Origin: an uncultured bacterium
GTDB lineage: Bacteria; UBP4; UBA4092
Direction of reading: 5' to 3'
Length of the DNA: 64,000 bases
Assembly: GCA_964644695.1 (NCBI GenBank)
Contig: CAZXWN010000001.1
Span: forward strand, 118,869 to 182,868
Below, piece after piece: positions 46,642 to 56,607 of the stretch. The first letter of the stretch is position 1; each line of letters starts with the position of its first letter. The translations under genes were made by a program, and so were the position numbers. A model generated the notes under the pieces. The model was not told the origin of the DNA. It saw only the letters and a program-made list of their open reading frames with translations, and searched no databases.

Positions 46642-46725
46642 GAGATTCCTCGTGATAACGTTTAATGAAAGAATAACATAAATTGACTTGTCCGATTGAA
46701 ACCGTTTATTCGATAATGATTCACT

Positions 46726-48300
46726 ATGTTTGAAGAAAATAAACTTATTCTATATTCTCGCAAAAACTTATGGGTTTTGGGGTTATTATTATTTTTATTC
46801 ACAATTGGATTGGTTTATCTTCCTATTCATACCCATTCTTTAACTACTGACGAAGTAGGGGATATCTCAGTTGGTTATGCACAGGCAAGGTATGGTTTAT
46901 ATTTCCTGGATCCTGCTAATCCCCCGTTGATTCGAATGATATATGGAACTGTTGTTGCCTTATGTGAGCCTCTGTCATATAAGGGACCTGAAGTAGAGCT
47001 GATGGATTTTTTCTATTATTCGCGGATGTTCTTTGATTTTAATAAAAGCAGTTTAATTACACTGACCGTTATTTCCCGATATGTTGTTGTCGGACTTATG
47101 CTGCTGACGGGATTTATTCTGTTCAGGTGGGTAAAACAACTTTATGGGATAACTTCAGCGTACATCTCATTTTTCTACTTTATTTTGAATCCAAACGTAT
47201 TAGCACACGGGACGTTGGCAACACTTGATATGGGATTAACTTTTACCTGGTTATTCTATGGTTACATTTTACATAAATGGATTGGAGAACCTGATAAAAA
47301 AGTTAATACTATTTTATTGGGGCTCTCTCTTGGGTTTTGTTTGACGGCAAAATTTACTTCAGTGATTCTTATCCCTTTGACTTGTTTGGTGTTACTATGT
47401 GATCGTTCCTGGATTAAACAGTTTAATGTTAAGTCTGCATTCCTTCATAGCGGTATATTTCTTTTATCTATGTGGATGACTATTTTAGCGGTATATCGTT
47501 TTCATAATATCCAATATGGTTTGCCTTATTGGTTTGTTACGGGGATTAAATTACAGATAAACGATGCAGGTACATATTTCACTTACCTTAATGGAAAGAT
47601 TAGCCAGAGTGCCCCCTGGTATTATTACCTTGAAGCCATTCTCCTTAAGAATCCAATACCTTTTCTTATTGTGATGGTGTGGGGGATTTTCTCAGCATCA
47701 AAACAGAAACTCAAAATGAGCAGGGATGTTTTAATTAGTTTGGTATTTATTGGAGGACTGTTAATCGTCTTTTCTCTATCCGGCAAAAAAATGCTGGGTA
47801 TTCGTTATCTTCTTCCCATGTATCCCTTTATTGCACTTCTAATAGCTCGCCTATTTCATACACAACAACACTGGAAATATCGAACCCACATTCATCTACT
47901 GATGTTGATCGGATGTTTAATATCTACTCTGTCTATAAATCCTCATTATTTGTCATATTTCAATATCATTGCAGGTGGGCCAAGTAAAGGTCATCGTTAT
48001 TTACTGGATTCAAATTTAGACTGGAGCCAGGATACGCTGCGTCTAAAGGAATACATGTATGTAAACAATTTGGATTCCATATATTTTGTTTATTCAGGAT
48101 ATTTGATGCCAGAGGTGTATGGTATCCAGACATATCCTCTCTATGACGATACTGTTAAAGGTATTGTGGCGATTAGTGTGAATCGGTTATATGGGATACA
48201 GGCTGCTTCACCTGAATATATTCATCAATATGAGTGGTTAAAAAATAAAAAATATCTGGGACGTGTAGGATACTCAATATGGTTGTATGATACAAGATAG
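46726..48300 (+). CDS. GT-C fold glycosyltransferase (ArnT/PMT-like, family 39/83-like) polytopic membrane protein
   Basis: An early periplasmic-loop DE motif (TTDEVGD), at least 11 TM helices, and a soluble C-terminal domain. 524 aa. Confidence 0.5.
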   Translation: MFEENKLILYSRKNLWVLGLLLFLFTIGLVYLPIHTHSLTTDEVGDISVGYAQARYGLYFLDPANPPLIRMIYGTVVALCEPLSYKGPEVELMDFFYYSRMFFDFNKSSLITLTVISRYVVVGLMLLTGFILFRWVKQLYGITSAYISFFYFILNPNVLAHGTLATLDMGLTFTWLFYGYILHKWIGEPDKKVNTILLGLSLGFCLTAKFTSVILIPLTCLVLLCDRSWIKQFNVKSAFLHSGIFLLSMWMTILAVYRFHNIQYGLPYWFVTGIKLQINDAGTYFTYLNGKISQSAPWYYYLEAILLKNPIPFLIVMVWGIFSASKQKLKMSRDVLISLVFIGGLLIVFSLSGKKMLGIRYLLPMYPFIALLIARLFHTQQHWKYRTHIHLLMLIGCLISTLSINPHYLSYFNIIAGGPSKGHRYLLDSNLDWSQDTLRLKEYMYVNNLDSIYFVYSGYLMPEVYGIQTYPLYDDTVKGIVAISVNRLYGIQAASPEYIHQYEWLKNKKYLGRVGYSIWLYDTR

Positions 48301-48303
48301 GAG

Positions 48304-48798
48304 ATGAGTATGAATATTATTCATGCACAGAGTGAGCATACGGCTAAGATTCGTGAGCTTCTTATTGATATCTGGTATGCCACTTATCAGGGTTTATTGC
48401 CAGATGATGTTATTAAGCAGGCTACTCAAAAATGGTTTGCCGAAAAAGGTTTACAAGAACAAATTGAAAATGATGATTATGTTTTTCTTGTAGCAGTGAC
48501 TGAAGATGGGAAATTGGCAGGCCTCACAACAGCCAAGCTCATAAAACCCTCTACAATGCATTTACTGAGACTATATGTTCTCCCAGAGTATCAGGGGATA
48601 GGTTTGGGGACATTGTTATATAAAAGCGCCTTAGAGCAGTTTCATGGGATTAGTACTGTTCGATTAGGTGTTATTGAGGGCAATCAAAAAGCCATTCGAT
48701 TTTATGAAAATCAAGGATTCATTAAAACAGGGGAAGAAAAAGAGTCATTTCATAATTATGAAATGATTATATGGGTCATGGAAAAGCTGATAATATAA
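48304..48798 (+). CDS. GNAT family N-acetyltransferase
   Basis: Acetyl-CoA motif A region QGIGLGTLL. 164 aa. Confidence 0.65.
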   Translation: MSMNIIHAQSEHTAKIRELLIDIWYATYQGLLPDDVIKQATQKWFAEKGLQEQIENDDYVFLVAVTEDGKLAGLTTAKLIKPSTMHLLRLYVLPEYQGIGLGTLLYKSALEQFHGISTVRLGVIEGNQKAIRFYENQGFIKTGEEKESFHNYEMIIWVMEKLII

Positions 48799-48830
48799 AC
48801 CTGGCAATCAACGACTGCCAGGTTTATATG
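48798..48830. terminator. Probable bidirectional terminator between the GNAT gene (+) and valS (-)
   Basis: 9-bp stem aacctggca / tgccaggtt, 9-nt loop, then a T-rich tail. Confidence 0.5.
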
Positions 48831-48845
48831 TTTTATTCAGATAAA

Positions 48846-51518
48846 TTACTTTTTCAGTTCCGCAAGTTTCTCATTCAGTTTTGATACTTCAAGACGTAGT
48901 TGTTCCATTTTGGCTTTCTCTTTTTCAACAACATCCTGAGGTGCTTTTTCCACAAAAGATGGGTTGGATAGTTTATTTTGAACCATCGCCAGACCTTTTT
49001 CTAATTGTGGAATTTCTTTGGTTAACCGAATAATCTCTGACTCAATAATTTCTTCCGGTAGCGGAACCGATATTTCAATGTCTTTCACTAAAGCTGTGGA
49101 TGCGTGTTTTCCAGCTTCAATCTTTCTATCAATCTGCAAATGATTGGTTGGAATCAATGCACGGAAATACTCAGCATGAGCCTTTAAAAGAGCTAGCATA
49201 TTGTCATCCTGAGGTTTTAAGAGAATATCTACTTTCATCGCAGGTGGAATTCTCATTTCTCCGCGGATGTTTCGGATAGACTCAATAATTTGCATGATGA
49301 TGTTCATATCTTCTTCGGCACTTGGGCAATCCAGATTCTTAACCGCCTCTGGATAACTGGAAATCATAATGCTTTCTTTTGAAGACTCTGGTTTTTCTGG
49401 AAGAATTTGCCATATCTCTTCAGTAATGAAAGGCATAATAGGGTGTAATAATCTCAGTACGGTTTCCAATACTTGGGTGGCAACGCGTAGTGCTGTCAGC
49501 TTTTGGGTTAAATCGCCCCTTAATTGGGGTTTGATAAACTCCAGATACCAATCACAATATTCATGCCACAGGAATTGATATAAATCGCTGGCAGCCGTAT
49601 CAAATTCAAAGTTTTTCAGATGCTTATCTGTATTGTTGACTACGGCATTCATGCGGGAGAGGATCCAGCGGTCAGCCAGGCTGTATTCATAGTCAGGTTT
49701 ATCAATGGTTGTTATATCAATATCGTTCCATTGCATTAAAACAAAGCGGGAAGCATTCCAAATCTTATTACAGAAATTTCGGTATCCTTCTATTCGTTTT
49801 GGATCCAGATTCATATTACGACCCTGGGCCGCCAGTGCACAAAGTGTAAAACGAAGGGCATCGGTACCTGATTCTTCTGTGATTTTAAGGGGGTCAATGG
49901 CATTGCCCGTCGATTTAGACATCTTTTTCCCTTGTGCATCACGAACCAGAGCATGGAAATACACATCTTTGAAGGGAATCTCACCTGTAAACTTCAGACC
50001 CATCATAATCATTCTGGCAACCCAGAAGAAAATAATGTCATGGGAAGTAGAAAGAACAGAGGTTGGATAAAACTTCTCTAATTCAAGAGTCTCATTGGGC
50101 CACCCTAAGGTTGAAAATGGCCACAGTGCAGAACTGAACCAGGTATCCAACACATCGGAGTCCTGCTGTATTTTGGTGGAGCCGCAATGAGAGCATGAAG
50201 TAGGGTCGGTACGGCTTACAGTTTCTTTACCGCAATCTTCACAGTACCAAACGGGGATTCTATGTCCCCACCAAAGCTGACGAGAAATACACCAGTCACG
50301 AACATTTTCCATCCATGAGAAGTAAGTGTTTTCCCAACTCTTAGGATGGAAATGGATTCGTTCATTTTTCACCGCTTCAATGGCGGGTTCCGCCAGTGGC
50401 CGCATCTTAACAAACCACTGTAATGACAGATAAGGTTCAACAATGGTGTCGCAGCGATAACAGTGTCTAATGGCATGTTGGTAATCATCAATCTTGAGAA
50501 GATAACCTTGTTCTTTGAGGTCTTCAACCACAGCCTTGCGTGCGGCAAGCGCTTTCATTCCCTGATACTTGCCACCGTTTTCATTAATAGAGGCATCAGG
50601 GGTCAATACATTGATTTGTGGTAGATTATGCTTGATACCGATTTGATAGTCATTCGGGTCATGCGCCGGAGTGATTTTAAGGCATCCGGTTCCAAATTTT
50701 GGGTCAACATAATTATCAGCAATTACTGGTATGACACGGTCTGTTAATGGAAGACGCACATTCTGACCAATTAAATGACTATAACGGGTGTCTTCTGGAT
50801 GCACAGCAACAGCAGTATCCCCCAACATGGTTTCGGGGCGGGTGGTGGCGACGATGACATATTCGTTTTCTGAGCCATCTAATGGATATTTTATGTGCCA
50901 AAGATGACCTGCAGTATCTTTGGGTTCTGCTTCATCATCTGAAAGGGCCGTTTTGCAACGAGGACACCAGTTTACAATATAATTGCTGCGGTAAATAAGT
51001 TTTTCTTCATAAAGCCGGACAAACACTTCACGAACAGCCTGGGAGAGTCCTTCGTCCATTGTAAATCGTTCTCTATCCCAATCGCAGGATGAACCCATTT
51101 TCTTTAATTGCCGAATAATGGTTCCTCCATATTCTTCCTTCCACTGCCATACACGTTCCAGAAATTTTTCGCGGCCTAAATCATGGCGAGTCAATCCTTC
51201 TTTTTTTAGGGATTTTTCAACCACATTCTGAGTGGCAATTCCCGCATGGTCTGTACCCGGAATCCAACAGGCGTTAAATCCTCTCATACGATGCCAGCGG
51301 ACTAATATATCCTGGAGGGTATTGTTTAGAGCATGACCAATATGTAATATCCCCGTGACATTGGGGGGAGGAATAACAATGACAAATGAAGGTTTGTTTT
51401 CTGAAGGATCTGCGTGAAAATAGCGTTTGGCCAGCCACTCAGAATACCATTTTTCTTCCACATGACTGGGATCGTACTTGCTTTCTAACTCGCGTGTTGG
51501 ATTAGACATAATATACAC
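48846..51518 (-). CDS. valS: Valine--tRNA ligase
   Basis: Class I HIGH (PNVTGILHIGH) and KMSKS (KMSKSTGN) motifs, and a C-terminal coiled-coil. 890 aa. Confidence 0.9.
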   Translation of the reverse strand: MYIMSNPTRELESKYDPSHVEEKWYSEWLAKRYFHADPSENKPSFVIVIPPPNVTGILHIGHALNNTLQDILVRWHRMRGFNACWIPGTDHAGIATQNVVEKSLKKEGLTRHDLGREKFLERVWQWKEEYGGTIIRQLKKMGSSCDWDRERFTMDEGLSQAVREVFVRLYEEKLIYRSNYIVNWCPRCKTALSDDEAEPKDTAGHLWHIKYPLDGSENEYVIVATTRPETMLGDTAVAVHPEDTRYSHLIGQNVRLPLTDRVIPVIADNYVDPKFGTGCLKITPAHDPNDYQIGIKHNLPQINVLTPDASINENGGKYQGMKALAARKAVVEDLKEQGYLLKIDDYQHAIRHCYRCDTIVEPYLSLQWFVKMRPLAEPAIEAVKNERIHFHPKSWENTYFSWMENVRDWCISRQLWWGHRIPVWYCEDCGKETVSRTDPTSCSHCGSTKIQQDSDVLDTWFSSALWPFSTLGWPNETLELEKFYPTSVLSTSHDIIFFWVARMIMMGLKFTGEIPFKDVYFHALVRDAQGKKMSKSTGNAIDPLKITEESGTDALRFTLCALAAQGRNMNLDPKRIEGYRNFCNKIWNASRFVLMQWNDIDITTIDKPDYEYSLADRWILSRMNAVVNNTDKHLKNFEFDTAASDLYQFLWHEYCDWYLEFIKPQLRGDLTQKLTALRVATQVLETVLRLLHPIMPFITEEIWQILPEKPESSKESIMISSYPEAVKNLDCPSAEEDMNIIMQIIESIRNIRGEMRIPPAMKVDILLKPQDDNMLALLKAHAEYFRALIPTNHLQIDRKIEAGKHASTALVKDIEISVPLPEEIIESEIIRLTKEIPQLEKGLAMVQNKLSNPSFVEKAPQDVVEKEKAKMEQLRLEVSKLNEKLAELKK

Positions 51519-51639
51519 CTTTAATAAAATTCAATTATGGTTAATAGTCAAGTGCCTAAATAGCGGGAATTATTATAGATATTATAAACTTCCCTCTTGA
51601 AAGCGTCAAAACTTGAATTGGAAAAGGTCCTGCCTCTTT

Positions 51640-51690
51640 AACGAAAGATTCACGGAGCTGTTCTGAGCAACTCCGTGAATCATTCGTTGA
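51640..51690. repeat. Family-2 hairpin repeat, copy B (stem with one mismatch)
   Basis: AACGAAAGATTCACGGAG-CTGTTCTGAGCAA-CTCCGTGAATCATTCGTT. It lies between the valS start and the cimA/leuA stop. Confidence 0.55.
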
Positions 51691-51725
51691 TAAATGATGG
51701 ACAGACTCTGGTGTCTTAATGGTTT

Positions 51726-53324
51726 TTATTCTTTAGAGGGTTTCTTTTTTTTGCGTTTTTGTTCATCCGTAAGAAGTTTGTATTCAACGGAATCAACCAA
51801 AGCTTGCCATGATGCCTCAATCACATTGGAATGAACTCCAACTGTACCCCAAGACTTATCCTGATCTGAGGATTCAACCAAAACTCTAACTTTGGCTGCA
51901 GTTCCTGATTTTGGATTAATGATACGAACCTTATAATCAGTGAGTTTAAGGTCTTTCAATTGGGGGTAGAAAGGTATTAATGCTTTTCGTAAGGCACCAT
52001 CCAAAGCGTTTACGGGACCATCTCCATCCGCAGCGGTATGTTCTTCTTTCCCATCCACAGTGACTTTGATAGTTGCTTCTGAGAATAACTGTTTATTTTC
52101 ACGTTTCTCAACAATGACCCGGAAACCACCTAAATCGAAATAACGGCGATATTTCCCCAGCGCTTTTTGAATGAGCAAATCAAAGGAACCATCTGCACCC
52201 TCATATTCATAACCCTGATGTTCCAGTTCTTTGACATGTTGGACTATTTCCTTGGCAAGAGGGTCGTCTTTACTCATTTCAATTCCCAATTCATGGGCTT
52301 TAAAGAGTACATTTGATTTCCCTGCCTGGTCGGAAACTAGAATCCGGCGGATATTTCCCACATTAGATGGGTCTGTATGTTCATATGTTTCTGGATTTCG
52401 CTCAACAGCACTGACATGGATTCCGCCCTTGTGTGCAAAAGCGGATAATCCCACATACGGCTCTCTCTCATTGGGAAGCATGTTTGCTGTTTCAGCGATG
52501 AACCGAGAAACCATGGTTAAATTTTTCAATTGTGTGTCAGTAATACAGGGGATTCCATATTTTAATTTCAAATTTGCAATAATCGGGATTAAATCGGCAT
52601 TACCACAGCGTTCACCAAATCCATTAATCGTTCCTTGAATATGTCGAGCGCCATTTTCAACTGCGATAAGTGCATTAGCCACAGCGACCCCACTGTCATT
52701 GTGAGTATGGATTCCAATAGTTGTTTTAACGGATTCTGTTGCCTTCGTAACAGCTTCTTTAATATAGAAAGGCATGGAACCGCCATTCGTATCGCAGAGC
52801 ACTATGGCATCAGCTCCCGCGTCTTCGGCTGCTTTTAATGTTTTTATTGCATATTCAGGGTTTGCTTTGTATCCATCAAAAAAATGTTCGGCATCATAAA
52901 TTACTTCACGACCATTTTTCTTAAGGAAAGCGACGGAATCTCGAATCATGGAAAGATTTTCTTCTAATGAAACGCGAAGCGCATCTTTTACATGTAAATC
53001 CCAGGTTTTTCCAAAGATGGTTACGACTGGAGTTTCTGCTTTCAACAACATTTGAAGATTATAATCTTGTGATGCTGCGGTTTTCCCACGACGGGTACTT
53101 CCAAATGCCGCTATTTTTACATTTTTCAGCTTCAGGGATTTTACTTTTTCGAAGTATGCAATATCTTTAGGATTTGAACCTGGCCAACCACCTTCAACAT
53201 AGTGGACTCCCAGTTCGTCTAGTTTCTGAGTAATGCGGAGTTTGTCTTCAACAGAATAAGTTACACCTTCGGCTTGCTGTCCATCCCGAAGTGTTGTGTC
53301 GTAGATTTTGACTGTTTTTGCCAT
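51726..53324 (-). CDS. 2-isopropylmalate synthase / (R)-citramalate synthase family enzyme (size and C-terminal regulatory domain favour citramalate synthase)
   Basis: DRE-TIM barrel N-terminus [11 protein letters not shown], HxH metal site (HTHNDSG), and a LeuA-dimer C-terminal domain. 532 aa. Confidence 0.75.
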   Translation of the reverse strand: MAKTVKIYDTTLRDGQQAEGVTYSVEDKLRITQKLDELGVHYVEGGWPGSNPKDIAYFEKVKSLKLKNVKIAAFGSTRRGKTAASQDYNLQMLLKAETPVVTIFGKTWDLHVKDALRVSLEENLSMIRDSVAFLKKNGREVIYDAEHFFDGYKANPEYAIKTLKAAEDAGADAIVLCDTNGGSMPFYIKEAVTKATESVKTTIGIHTHNDSGVAVANALIAVENGARHIQGTINGFGERCGNADLIPIIANLKLKYGIPCITDTQLKNLTMVSRFIAETANMLPNEREPYVGLSAFAHKGGIHVSAVERNPETYEHTDPSNVGNIRRILVSDQAGKSNVLFKAHELGIEMSKDDPLAKEIVQHVKELEHQGYEYEGADGSFDLLIQKALGKYRRYFDLGGFRVIVEKRENKQLFSEATIKVTVDGKEEHTAADGDGPVNALDGALRKALIPFYPQLKDLKLTDYKVRIINPKSGTAAKVRVLVESSDQDKSWGTVGVHSNVIEASWQALVDSVEYKLLTDEQKRKKKKPSKE

Positions 53325-53347
53325 ACAAACTCCTTTTTAGTGGGTAT

Positions 53348-53848
53348 TTATTTTCCCTGTAATTCTTTGTCGGTATTGGTTTTTGATTTTCGAGATAATG
53401 GTTTTAACAATGTTTGCAATTCAGACATGAATTCATCAATTTCTTTGAACTGACGGTATACAGAAGCGAATCGAACATACGCAACTTTATCAATCATCTT
53501 CAGTCGTTCCATGACCATTTCACCAATATCTGTACTGGACACTTCTCTCTCATATTTACTCATTAGAGAACAAAGCACTTCATTTGCTTCATGTTCGATG
53601 GTTTCAATGGAAATGGGGCGTTTCACACAAGCTTTCTGTATGCAGGTCAGAAGTTTTTCACGAGAGAAGGGTTCCCTCGTTCCGTTTTTTTTGATGACTA
53701 TTAATTCAATCTCAACAACGGTTTCATAAGTAGTAAAGCGCTTCTGGCAATTCAGGCATTCACGCCGCCGGCGTATGGAATCGCCTTCTTTGGATTCCCT
53801 GGAGTCGATGACCTTGTTTTCAGTATGACCGCAATATGGGCAGCGCAT
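53348..53848 (-). CDS. nrdR: Transcriptional repressor NrdR
   Basis: [18 protein letters not shown] zinc ribbon, then an ATP-cone. 166 aa. Confidence 0.85.
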   Translation of the reverse strand: MRCPYCGHTENKVIDSRESKEGDSIRRRRECLNCQKRFTTYETVVEIELIVIKKNGTREPFSREKLLTCIQKACVKRPISIETIEHEANEVLCSLMSKYEREVSSTDIGEMVMERLKMIDKVAYVRFASVYRQFKEIDEFMSELQTLLKPLSRKSKTNTDKELQGK

Positions 53849-53997
53849 GGTTTCTTCCTTGGATATAAAACAGCCCGCGCTACGCGGGGAAGCCGGGCTT
53901 ATTTATTACTTATAGGTTTTATTTTATCTGATTTTATAAGGCTTTACAAATTCATAATATGGGAAATTAATTTCCAAAATAGTCAGTAAAAACGGGG

Positions 53998-54843
53998 CTA
54001 TTCCTGATTTTCTGAAGGGATGGAAATAATTGGCTCAGAATTTGAAGTGTAATGAGATTGATTTAGCTGCTCAACCATTTCTGAAACGGTTTGAGAGGGT
54101 CCATTCCCATTAAGTGATTTTCCATAGATTGATTGCCAGCTGGATATCAGGAAATCTGCAAAACATTTTGGCTGTTTAACGGATAGATGTTTTAGTCGGC
54201 ACATTTCAAGTACTGCTAGCACGGTACAGACTAACTCAACCCGATTCTTGGTGTCTTTTCGTAGCTGACTGAAATAAAGATGCTCATTTTCCTTTATTAA
54301 AGCGTTGATGAGATCAATCTTCATTTCAACAGTGTACTCTTCAAGTTCAACTTCCCGAACCGTAGGTGCCTCTGTGAACCGTGCATATTTCTGGAATGCC
54401 AATACCAAATCATTGAGTGTTGCATTCACGGGTATTTCAGAAGGATTATCAATCTGCGGCAGAGGTTCTTTGCGTGTGTATAACAATTGGCGGTCTTCAG
54501 CACACTCCCATAAAGTCTCGCCCAGCAGTTTATATTTCTGATATTCTTCAAGTTTTTGCTTGAGTTCTTCTTCCGTTTGTTCCAATTCCGCTATTTCTTC
54601 AGGAGTTTGCGGTTGGGGGAGCATCCTCTGTGTTTTGATATAGATAAGGGTGGCCGCAATGACCAAAAATTCACCCGCTACATCCAAATCCATTTGCTGC
54701 ATGTTTCGGATGTAGCTCAGGTACTGAGATGTTATCTCTGATAGTGAAACATTGTAGATATCTAATTCATTCTTACGAATTAAATATAAAAGAAGATCAA
54801 ATGGACCTTCAAAGATATCTACCTTGACCTGATAATTCGGCAT
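53998..54843 (-). CDS. scpA: Segregation and condensation protein A (kleisin)
   Basis: N-terminal FEGPFDLLLYLIRKNELDIY is the canonical ScpA start. 281 aa. Confidence 0.8.
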   Translation of the reverse strand: MPNYQVKVDIFEGPFDLLLYLIRKNELDIYNVSLSEITSQYLSYIRNMQQMDLDVAGEFLVIAATLIYIKTQRMLPQPQTPEEIAELEQTEEELKQKLEEYQKYKLLGETLWECAEDRQLLYTRKEPLPQIDNPSEIPVNATLNDLVLAFQKYARFTEAPTVREVELEEYTVEMKIDLINALIKENEHLYFSQLRKDTKNRVELVCTVLAVLEMCRLKHLSVKQPKCFADFLISSWQSIYGKSLNGNGPSQTVSEMVEQLNQSHYTSNSEPIISIPSENQE

Positions 54844-54848
54844 TATGT

Positions 54849-55841
54849 TTATTCCGTCAGTTTCATAGCTTTGCGGACATCCAGCATCGTTTCCATAGCT
54901 GTTTTCTGTGCTCTGAGTTTACCATCATCTAAAACCTGTCTAACATAATCTGGTTTTTGTGATAACTCATGTCTTTTCTGTTGATGAGGTGCCAACACGT
55001 TACATAATTCACCTGTCAACCGTTTCTTGCACTCTACGCATCCAATCTCAGCTTTTTCGCAAGCAGTTCTGATTTCATCGACAGTCTTGGGTGCAAATAC
55101 TTTATGATACCCGAAAACCGGACAGATATCAGGATGACCTGGATCACTTTTTTTAACTCGTGCTGGATCAGAAAGCATATTTTTTACTTTTGTTCCAATC
55201 GTTGCTGTGTCGTCAGATAAATAAATCGCATTATCGTAGGACTTACTCATCTTACGCCCATCTAATCCTGTCAGCTTCGACACTGGGGTCAGAAGTGATT
55301 CAGGTTCAGGGAATATCTCACCATATAGGTAATTGAAACGTCGCCCAACCTCACGGGTTAGCTCAACATGAGGAACCTGATCTACACCGACAGGCACAGC
55401 GTGAGCTTTGTAAATTAAAATATCTGCAGCCTGTAATAGGGGATACTGTAAGAATCCGATAGTAGAGAGATCCTTGTTCGAAAGTTCATTGATTTGTTCT
55501 TTATAAGTAGGCACCCGTTCTAACCATGGGATGGGGGTAATCATAGACAAAAGAAGGCATAATTCAGCATGTTCTTTGACTTCAGACTGTACAAACAAAA
55601 CACTCTTTTGAGGGTCAATCCCTGCGGCCAACATATCGGTGACGTTATCAATTGTAAATTCTCTTATTGGTCCGATATTCTCATAACTTGTGGTCAAAGA
55701 ATGCCAATCAGCCACCATAAAGTAACATTCATATTGATTTTGCAGTGTAGCCCAGTTCTGTAAAGCACCGAGGAGATGCCCAAGATGTAGTTTACCTGTT
55801 GGGCGCATTCCACTGAGGATTCGTTTGGGTGTTGTTGTCAT
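54849..55841 (-). CDS. trpS: Tryptophan--tRNA ligase
   Basis: HIGH-type motif (TGKLHLGH) and KMSKS (KMSKS). 330 aa. Confidence 0.9.
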   Translation of the reverse strand: MTTTPKRILSGMRPTGKLHLGHLLGALQNWATLQNQYECYFMVADWHSLTTSYENIGPIREFTIDNVTDMLAAGIDPQKSVLFVQSEVKEHAELCLLLSMITPIPWLERVPTYKEQINELSNKDLSTIGFLQYPLLQAADILIYKAHAVPVGVDQVPHVELTREVGRRFNYLYGEIFPEPESLLTPVSKLTGLDGRKMSKSYDNAIYLSDDTATIGTKVKNMLSDPARVKKSDPGHPDICPVFGYHKVFAPKTVDEIRTACEKAEIGCVECKKRLTGELCNVLAPHQQKRHELSQKPDYVRQVLDDGKLRAQKTAMETMLDVRKAMKLTE

Positions 55842-55859
55842 GGCAATTTATGTCCTTTA

Positions 55860-56528
55860 CTAGATAAATATTGCGAAAAATCTGAGTAGATTACTGAAAA
55901 CAAAATCTATGGTAAACGAGAGGTAGTGATTAAGAAATGGAGTATTTATCAATACAATTAAGATGATAATTCCAAAAGATTCAATTTTATTATAATGGTA
56001 AGCCCACTTATAGGGTAATGATGCCGACACCACTCTTGATCCATCAAGGGGAGGGATCGGAATCAGATTGAATACCATGAGCAATATGTTGATGAATATG
56101 AAACTCTGCGACAAGGTATTTACATAAGAAATAATACTTTCTGGATGGAAAGCCGTATATTTATATGTAAGAACAAAAAATAAAGTTCCTGCGAACGCAA
56201 GAATGAAATTCGATAGAGGTCCGGCAATCGATACTAGAATTACCCCTGTTCTGAATGGCCTGAGATTATTAAAGTTTACAGGAACAGGCTTGGCCCATCC
56301 AATTAAGGGGCCTCCTAATATTTTCATTATAATAGGTACCAAGATAGTACCTATGGGATCTATATGAGCTATTGGATTAAGCGTGATGCGTCCCATTAAT
56401 TTTGCAGTAGGATCACCCATGAGATTCGCGGTAAAACCATGAGCACATTCATGGACAATGACCGAAAATCCCACCATCATCATGATGAGTAAAAACTCTA
56501 ATATTGATGTAATATTGAATGCTTCCAT
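55860..56528 (-). CDS. Site-2 protease family (M50) intramembrane zinc metalloprotease
   Basis: HExxH in TM context (VHECAHGF) and downstream LDG motif (PPLDGS). 222 aa, multi-TM. Confidence 0.6.
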   Translation of the reverse strand: MEAFNITSILEFLLIMMMVGFSVIVHECAHGFTANLMGDPTAKLMGRITLNPIAHIDPIGTILVPIIMKILGGPLIGWAKPVPVNFNNLRPFRTGVILVSIAGPLSNFILAFAGTLFFVLTYKYTAFHPESIISYVNTLSQSFIFINILLMVFNLIPIPPLDGSRVVSASLPYKWAYHYNKIESFGIIILIVLINTPFLNHYLSFTIDFVFSNLLRFFAIFI

Positions 56529-56607
56529 ATTGTATAAGTATCCAATTTAGTTAGTCGTTGAAATAATATCTTACTATAAAGATATGCTTAGTAGGGTTGA
56601 AATGATG

